64,000 bases of DNA from Phoronis australis. Its lineage: Eukaryota; Animalia; Phoronida. Of the stretch, positions 60,651 to 64,000 are shown one piece after another. The notes under the pieces were generated by a model that worked only from the letters and a program-made list of their open reading frames with translations, ran no database searches and was not told the origin of the DNA. Numbering within the stretch: the first letter of the stretch is position 1; every line of letters starts with the position of its first letter. Both the position numbers and the translations under genes were made by a program. Where the stretch lies: the NCBI GenBank assembly GCA_002633005.1, contig NMRA01000147.1:434001-498000 (forward strand). The letters run 5' to 3'.

Positions 60651-62499
60651 CCTTTCCAAGTTAATGAGCAACTTTATTTATTTAAGGACTTACACTTTTT
60701 TAATATTACAACTTCAAAGACTATTTATTAGATTTTAACTTGAATATTTGCTACGAAAGCTGTATGCAATTTACAATTGTTAAGCTTAAAATAAAACTAT
60801 TAAGAAAAAATAACTGAATTGCTTTACATTGCGCAAACGTGTTTTTACAAAACATGCGTCACGCGGTTGAAAGGTTTAGACACGTCGATTGTACCCAGTG
60901 CTAGGTCAAAAAAGCATAACTAATTCTGGTTTGTATTTTTGTTTGAAAATCATGTCGGTTGTACAACATTTTAGTTGCTCCTTTCAAAAGACGAAGTCCA
61001 CCTAAGACGAGCACAATAATGCAGCATTATATATTTATTCTGTTTTATTCAATCCCAACCGGTTTTCGGATTAAGGGGGGGGGGGGCTGTCAGTTGCGTC
61101 AGTTGCGACAGTGCTCGAAAAATACTCTTCCCGTTGGCGGCAGAGAACATCAAGTAGAAATCGGTGTCACGTGTGCTTAATGGGTGTCAAAATTGTCCTT
61201 TGGAATACGAAAAGCATTCTGTCTGTTGCCCTGAGAATAGTGTTTTCAAAAGAATTTTGGAGCCAACACTGTATCGTCCGGCTGTGCAGGCCAAATTTGT
61301 CACAACTTCGAAATTGTGACAATTTGGGTTAGCGCTGCAGGCCCAAATTGTCTTACTTCGTCAAAATTTTGCGTGCACTATATTAAACACCCAAATTCTC
61401 AATTTGAGTGGTTTAGAGCCGGAAAATGTGTAGCATTCCCAACGTAGAACGCCTCCCATGCAGCCGTTGAAACACCACTGATTTCGCAGTCCTCGCGGTG
61501 GGCTATCAACCACAGCTAGCACACCTGGCCAATAAAATCGTTCTCCCACTCTCGTTATTAGTGAGAAACTGCATCCGCATACGACTGGCTTGATGTAAAC
61601 TCTGATGATATCGACCATAGACACCACATAGTATTAAGATGTCTATGATATCGACAGTCAGTACAACCCGCGTTCCGTCGGCGAAGAAGCTAATATTTGA
61701 TTTAGAATAATTACCGCTATCAAAGAGGTCTTGCAAAGAACTGATAGTTCACTGATGTTGGAGATCACGAAATCAAAGTTGATTTCTCGTGGTGTCTCAT
61801 TTCATTCGGATTTGACCACTGCAGCACCCCTGAAAGTGCGGGCTGTGCTACACGGGCATTGCTTTTCAGCCGCGTTGTTTATGGGAAGCGTTTCCGGATG
61901 ATATCTGGAGAAACGATGCTCGTATTTCATTGAAACGTTACGGTACTACAATCCAGTCAGCACCAGTCAATTTTCGGGCGTATCTCTGCAGCAAACCATT
62001 CCCCATGGTCATTTTGCTCTCGTACGTGTTGCTGCATCACGCCTTATTGACAGATGTTTTTAAATATGTTCTATTCCTCCCAAGTTTCAGGATTCAGTAG
62101 CCAAATTAAAAAGTCATATTTCATGGAAATATGCAAATTTAAACATATTCACGTTTTGATTTTATGATATGCAATGGTTTGTGATATAAAAAGCATCAAA
62201 ACAAAACTATCCCTGACGTGATTGCAGCGATTTATAAGCTTTGTGTGATCCATGATCCAGAGAATAAAAGTCTCATTTCCTAATTTTAGCGTAGGTCGCC
62301 ACAAATCATCACTTCGATATGATTTCAAAGATGAAGATTTGCAGTTATATCCTGTCAGTCAAATCTTCTGCAATTTATCTCTTAGGGTGCTGACACTTCT
62401 AATATCTTACAGTTCTAGAAATCATTAGATATAAACCGTGAACGGATCAAAAGCAGATCGCATTAGTAATACTCTGAGAAAATAATTTAGCTTTGTCAC

Positions 62500-62764
62500 C
62501 TGAGGCCCGTTCCAAGAAAACTAATTTAGCTAAGACAAATCTTAAATTTCAGTCTGTTTTAAGATAAAATTCAAATTTAACTCAACTTAAAGTCCGTTTC
62601 AAGAAAGCAGGTTCTTAGGTTTGACTTGAGTTTTTGACTTAAGTTTTGTCTTAATTTTGACTAACATTCCGGAAGTGGAAGTTTCAAAGTTTGGGAGTTG
62701 AGACAAATCTTAGACTCAAGTCAAAAATGAACTTTAGTCAGTTTCTTGGAACGCCGGGCCCCTG
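62500..62764. mobile_element. Harbinger-like MITE
   Basis: GGCCCGTTCCAAGAAAACT / AGTTTCTTGGAACGCCGGGCC termini. Confidence 0.65.
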
Positions 62765-64000
62765 GTCTCCAGTTCTGCTTTGACTGTCGCTAGGACATTG
62801 TCTAAAGACGCTCAGGTGGGACTTCACGTTCTCATCACATCTTATGCATGACAAAATGTTTTTGATTATTCTATTAATGGTGTTTCATTATTTACCAACG
62901 CATTTGATTTCTTCAATGATATTTGGCAATGATAATACTAAATGTTTGTTCACACGATCACAATGTGCATTTCAATTACTCAAACAGTCCAAAAAGTGTT
63001 GACACTGCATTCAATTTTGCGTATCTTTGAGGAGGCAACTAGCAAATGGTACCTAGTAGGCCTACAGCGCTTCAGAATTAAGTAGGGGACGGTGGGGGAG
63101 GAGGGGGGGGGGAGGGGGTGTCCTAGANGGGGTTGTCGCAGCTACTCCGCCGTTCGGCCGTCAGCAACAACCATGAACCTAGTCGGCAAAACGTGGATTT
63201 CACTGAAACTTTCCATGTTTGACATTTATATATCAATCTCAGAAGTGCGATACGGTTTAGGATTTTTAGAAGTCTTAGTTTTATTGTACTGTGTCATCAA
63301 TACTAGACGAATACGACCGCAGTCATTTTTGTTTTACAAAAATGCCTAACGTTATGCGAGTTAAAATTGGCGTGGAAACCAAACTAAAAAAATCGAAAAT
63401 TCCTAACAGCGTTTTGAGGGATATAGGCAAGTTTTCATTTAAAGAAAGTTTTATTAAAACGAACTAACGGGTATTTTTGGAACATGAATGTAGGCTACCT
63501 AGTTTTTTAAAAATGAAAATTTGATTTAACTGGCTATAATTAAGGGTTGCCACGTTAATAACAACTAATGGCACGTAAGAAAAAGTGTATTTTTATAATC
63601 TTCAAGATCTTTCTCGTTGATACTGCCTAGTTAATCTGGTAATTGACTTTGAATTAACCTAAGGTCCCGCCTTTGTACCTGGTATCCTTACGACACACAT
63701 ATATGAGGCGCCACGAACCCGATTATGAACAGTTGCAACTTTATATGTTACGAAATATTTGTCGCCATTTAGATGGTGCAATGTTTTTCGTCACCATATA
63801 TCACACTAATGTACCATTGCATGGGCCACACTGTTGTACTGAGTTTTCTGAATGATTGATGTAGTAAACTGAAGTCAACACCCAGTGGGTTACCGGACAG
63901 TCGTACCTGAAAGGAGTAATGCATTAGCTGAATAATGAAACATAACCTAAATCGTCCGTGAGAGACCGGCCGGAGGTGGTATATGGTGCAACTCCGGACA

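Overview
This is AT-rich, repeat-dense eukaryotic (animal, probably marine invertebrate) genomic DNA with small assembly gaps, not a prokaryotic locus. The main gene, mostly invisible in the ORF track, is a 16-coding-exon minus-strand gene (ATG at 29219, last identified exon 975/927-1103) that I spliced by hand with consistent intron phases. It encodes a Mextli-like (eIF4E-binding protein family) protein of about 883-898 aa: a MIF4G-like N-terminus, a 321-aa low-complexity insert, a degenerate KH repeat lacking GxxG, a canonical KH domain, and the post-KH Mextli block. No C-terminal YxxxxL-phi motif is visible in the window. The right half holds a frameshifted class A GPCR (56225-57219, minus), a deleted Ngaro/DIRS retrotransposon with split direct repeats (about 52.0-55.3 kb), CR1 and Penelope remnants, and a Polinton/Maverick-like terminus (ends 47277). 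Introns and intergenic DNA contain many non-autonomous elements (hAT5/hAT6-like, Harbinger-, Kolobok-, Sola2-, Helentron/HINE- and mariner-like). There are also two palindromic elements with hammerhead-like cores, one with tRNA-like arms. All family assignments come from recalled motifs; no database search was run.
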